From NCBI RefSeq assembly GCF_009914755.1, contig NC_060926.1: a stretch of 64,000 nt of DNA; one strand, given 5' to 3'. Both the position numbers and the translations under genes were made by a program. Under the pieces are notes generated by a model, which had not been told where the DNA came from, did not search any database, and worked only from the letters and a program-made list of their open reading frames with translations. Source of the DNA: the human T2T-CHM13v2.0 reference genome, Homo sapiens. Of this stretch, positions 59,993 through 64,000 are shown piece after piece; the first letter of the stretch is position 1; the number at the start of each line of letters is the position of its first letter.

Positions 59993-60807
59993 CGAAGTAC
60001 TTCCCTTCTATCTCAAGAAGTGAGAAGGCTTTAAAAGGACCTGGTGGTATTTGATATGTGTTTTCTGAGATGTGAGAGCACACAGGGACTGGTGCTTGAA
60101 ATTCACCAAGAATTGAGATGACTAAATGCAAGTCTGTGACAGGAGAAAATGAGGATGACAGTGGGAACTACTCCTCTGTTTCGTATGGCAAGAGCACATG
60201 AACTCCCCTGAGGCCCAAGTGGATCCTACTAGAGGAAACTGGGATGGAGATGCCTTGAAGGCATCTCAGCAATAAGCGGCTGTGGGATGTACCATCAGGG
60301 GCAGGAGCTAGGGGGACAGTGCTGTGCCATGTTAGAGACCTATACCACCTAAACGACCCCGTAGTGAACATCCAGAGAACATCAACAGTTTCCAGGAAGG
60401 GACTATTCTAGATACCCACCTATTTAGATACCAAAGTTTGCCAATGCCAAGTTATAAAAATGTCTGTAAAGTAACAACTTCCCTGCCTTTCACTTCTCCT
60501 TTTCCAGCCTTATTAAGAGGGTTTAAGAAGTCTTGGCAAAGGAGGTGGGAGGAGAAGAGAAAGAGAATGCCAGGGAAGGAGAAGGCTGACCACCCCTGGT
60601 TCTCATCAGAAGTCTCTAGACTCAGCAGAGGAAAATAAATATCTTCAATTCTACATGTAGTTCAGAATTTTCACTGTGGAAATGGTCATTTTAATTATTA
60701 AAATTAGATGGCAGCTAAAAGTAATTATGGGCCTTTTTATTATCAAAATATGACCAGAAAACTCATGGACCTCCCCTGGACTTCATCCAAGGAATGGGAG
60801 AAAACTG

Positions 60808-60903
60808 TTAGGTTGATGCAAAAGTAGCCACAGTTTTTGCCATTAAAAGTAATGGCATTAAAAGTAATGGTAAAAAACTGCAATTACTTTTGTACCAACC
60901 TAA
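60808..60903. mobile_element. MADE1 (Hsmar1-derived MITE) with duplicated centre
   Basis: ttaggttgatgcaaaagta...tacttttgtaccaacctaa TIRs; cattaaaagtaatgg twice. Confidence 0.93.
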
Positions 60904-63064
60904 TATGTTATCCAGAGGAAAGGGACAAAGCTGCTTTCTCTTAATCCCTGTGGAATCCTGCTCTTTGAATGTAATGAGAATACATTACATTCCAAAATAT
61001 AGTTGTGCCAAAATATATTGAACTAGTCTTCTAATTTGTTTCTTGTTCACTATCTTTTCTTGAAAGTTCCCATAATTTAGACACTATTTCTTCTCTTCAA
61101 TTCTTGTTTCATCACATTGAAAGTCATGAAATTATTTCTTATTTAAAACAAACATTAAAAATAACATTTAAACATAGTGCCTGAAACATAAATATAGTAG
61201 ATGATCAATAAAGGTATGTCTGAATAAACAGAATGAACAAAAGCACATTTCTTTCTGCTTAACAGTTGCTGCATGACAAAATTTAAAAAGGAAACAAAAT
61301 CCTTTCAGTATTACCTAAATTTAAAATAAGCACTCAGTTATTCTTCATTTTTAAAGCCTTCCATTTTAATCTATCAAAAAAATTAAGGTACAAACTATTC
61401 TGTAGGGGTTCTAGAAGTATAATCATGCTGTATCATAGCTGTGTGATGAGATAGCACAGGCAGAAGCTTTCTGCACTAAAAGATAACTAAGAAACCCAAA
61501 ATAGGGATAGAATAGGGATCAAACTGTTGAAGGCTAAGAACAGGTTAACAGTACTAGTTTCTAGAGTAAGTGGGTGAGGGGTCGTGGCTAGAGTGAAACA
61601 CTTAGCTGCCAAGAGAAGTCACAGTTTGAACAAATCAAGAACTTAGTCTTGGGTTATTCAGAGTCACAGAACTAATAGGCACAAAGCAAGGGATGAGGCT
61701 GTGGAATTAGAGTGAGTGCTCATCATGGTTATGGGTATCACACATCAATTCCTTAGGAGGACCCAAATTTATACTCTCATGACAGGTACTTTGTCTATTT
61801 CAAGCGTTATTTTATGAGAACAATTGTCTGATACCAAGGCCTTGTGTAAGGACAGTAAGAAGCTCTCACCTCTGTGGGGATTTTGATCTACCTTTATCAT
61901 CATGCATTTGTGAAATCAATTTAAAAATCAGTTTAGCACTGGACAGCAAAAGAGGAACGAAGCAGAGAAAGGTGATGTCTCAAGTATCAAGGGGTAAGTG
62001 ACAGGGTATTGCTTTTGTGACTAAGGAAATAGGAGGGGGAAGCTCCAAGGACAACTGCCTTGGCAACATCCTTGCTTCTTCCTTCCAGGCCAGATCACCC
62101 TCACACTCTAGCTGCCCTCCCTGGAAAGCTGAAGAGTCCCAGACTGAAGAGTTAGGCTAATTGCACTGGTTCAGGTGGTGATTAATTTATAATTCCTAAT
62201 GGAAAATTGTTGCTACAAAATCATTCACATCACAAAAGAGCCACAGATAACCGTCTAAGATATACGAATAGGAAATGATTGCAGCCAAATTCGGATCATT
62301 TCCAACAGTATAACATTTTTTTCTTGGATTACAAAGAGAATTTTATGACACTGGCAGGCACATAACTTTCTCCAGCATTCTAAGCGTCTTCCTGTCTTTC
62401 TTGTTCCCACACGTTAAATCAGCAGTGCATGACTTACAATTTGACTTGCTTCCTTTTTCGCAAAGTAGTCAGAACATGATTCCATTCATGAGTGACCTTT
62501 CTCCTCCCTCTCAGATGCTGATTTGGGCAACATTCAGATCACTTTTATTTCATTTTGAGAGATAAAAATTTGGTTGCCCCAGGAGTGGGAGAACTTAATG
62601 ACTGTTTCAGTAAAGCATTTACTGAGTCAGTATTCAAAGCCATCTGAAATAGTTGGCAGAGTTAAACAATAAATGGCATTACTTTAATAAACTGGGAGGG
62701 AATAAGACTGTCCCATTGTGCCTAGCAACTGTTAAACATTATGTTCTTTCTTGGAATCTAACAATGCAATCTTTGTTTCATTCAGTACTCTGCATTGTCT
62801 CTTAAAAACAAATCTTAAGAAATTGTGTAAGTATATTAAGAACATAAATGTATGTGTGTATGTGTATATATATATTTGTACACACACACATATTCATAGG
62901 CATATAAAACAAATGAATGCCACTTTTTAGATCCAATCACCTGTCCAACCCATAAATAGATAACCATGCATCGGAATAACCAGGTTTATATCTGCTGTGA
63001 TGAGTGTACACAACAAAAGCAATATAAGAAGACAAAAAATGATGAAAAAGAAACAGAATAATAA

Positions 63065-63268
63065 ATTGCTAAGAGTCTAGGCTTTGGATTTACAGGTAAT
63101 TCTGTCATGCACAAATAAGACTTTAACTTCTTTACTCTTTTTAGATATAAAATGGGGATGTACTAGGAGCTTCATCTGAGGGCTAGAGTGAGAATTCAAT
63201 GAAGTAGGGCTTTCAAAATGTTTAGCAAGGAACTGAAAACTAGTAAGTACTCAAATGTTAGCTTTAAC
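63065..63268 (+). mobile_element. MIR
   Basis: gctaagagtctaggctttgga, tataaaatggggatg, tagtaagtactcaaatgttagct. Confidence 0.75.
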
Positions 63269-64000
63269 AATGGCTCAATCAAGATTATAACTCTACTTGG
63301 TTTCAGACTTTCGATATGTTAAATTAGGTAATACGTTAACAATAAAAATATACAGAACAACCTGGGATAGTTATCCAATATCAATCTCTATTAGCTCTCT
63401 AGTTTAGTGTAGTTACTAACTTTCTTCTTGGCCGTGTTTATTGGGAAGCAGATAGCGAATTTTTATGAGCTTGGACAATGCCAGAGATAGGACTGTATCT
63501 CTGGCATATGCAATTCATTCTACATAAAAGAAAAACAGCCCTGTACAGAAAGCATTTTCTTTGCTATGTGAACATGTGTATGTGTGCATGGAAGCTTTCA
63601 TGTGTGTGTTTGTGTGCACACATGTGCTCAGGAGATAAAATCAAGGGAGGCATATAAAGAAGCACGCTCATCATTAAGATTTGATGTGTTGCTACAATTC
63701 TGCAATATGTTTGACAATTAGCAATGGCTTAAATGCCTAATATATTTAATGACTCAATATATACCATTTAGTTGGTTCCTTGTACTAAAAGAAGATACAA
63801 ACGAGATTGGTGGGGAGACAGTGATTAGCCAAGGGAAGTGAGAAAACAGAGCAGCTGCTCTTCCCTGGACATATCTTCTTTTGAGACTGTAAATAGAGGG
63901 GTGGATTTTATTGACTATTTTGCTTGTAGGATGTAGAATTTAAGCTCATCACACTGGAAAGAGCCCACATCTAACACTGCTTATACATTACATTAGAATT

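Overview
AT-rich primate (human-like) non-coding DNA, intergenic or deep intronic. About half is recognisable interspersed repeat: about 18 Alu/FLAM copies, old and intermediate L1 fragments, L2/MIR relics, solo LTRs (LTR1-like, THE1, MSTA, MER11, MLT, LTR16 with ERVL internal sequence) and DNA transposons (Tigger3a, MER58, MER5A, MADE1, a hAT-Tip100 element). I found no supportable protein-coding gene, RNA gene, CpG island or CRISPR array; the listed ORFs are repeat-derived or chance. The most unusual signal is a set of locally templated copies whose donors lie 1-2.5 kb away. These are a three-donor patchwork at 41992-42193, a ~323-bp inverted copy inside an AluY at 51209-51532 and a ~160-bp duplicate bracketing an L1 (7905-8062 / 10254-10429), plus smaller fold-back and tandem events. 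They look like fossils of template-switch repair, not a new biological system. Subfamily names are from recalled consensus sequences, and the edges of old repeats are approximate.
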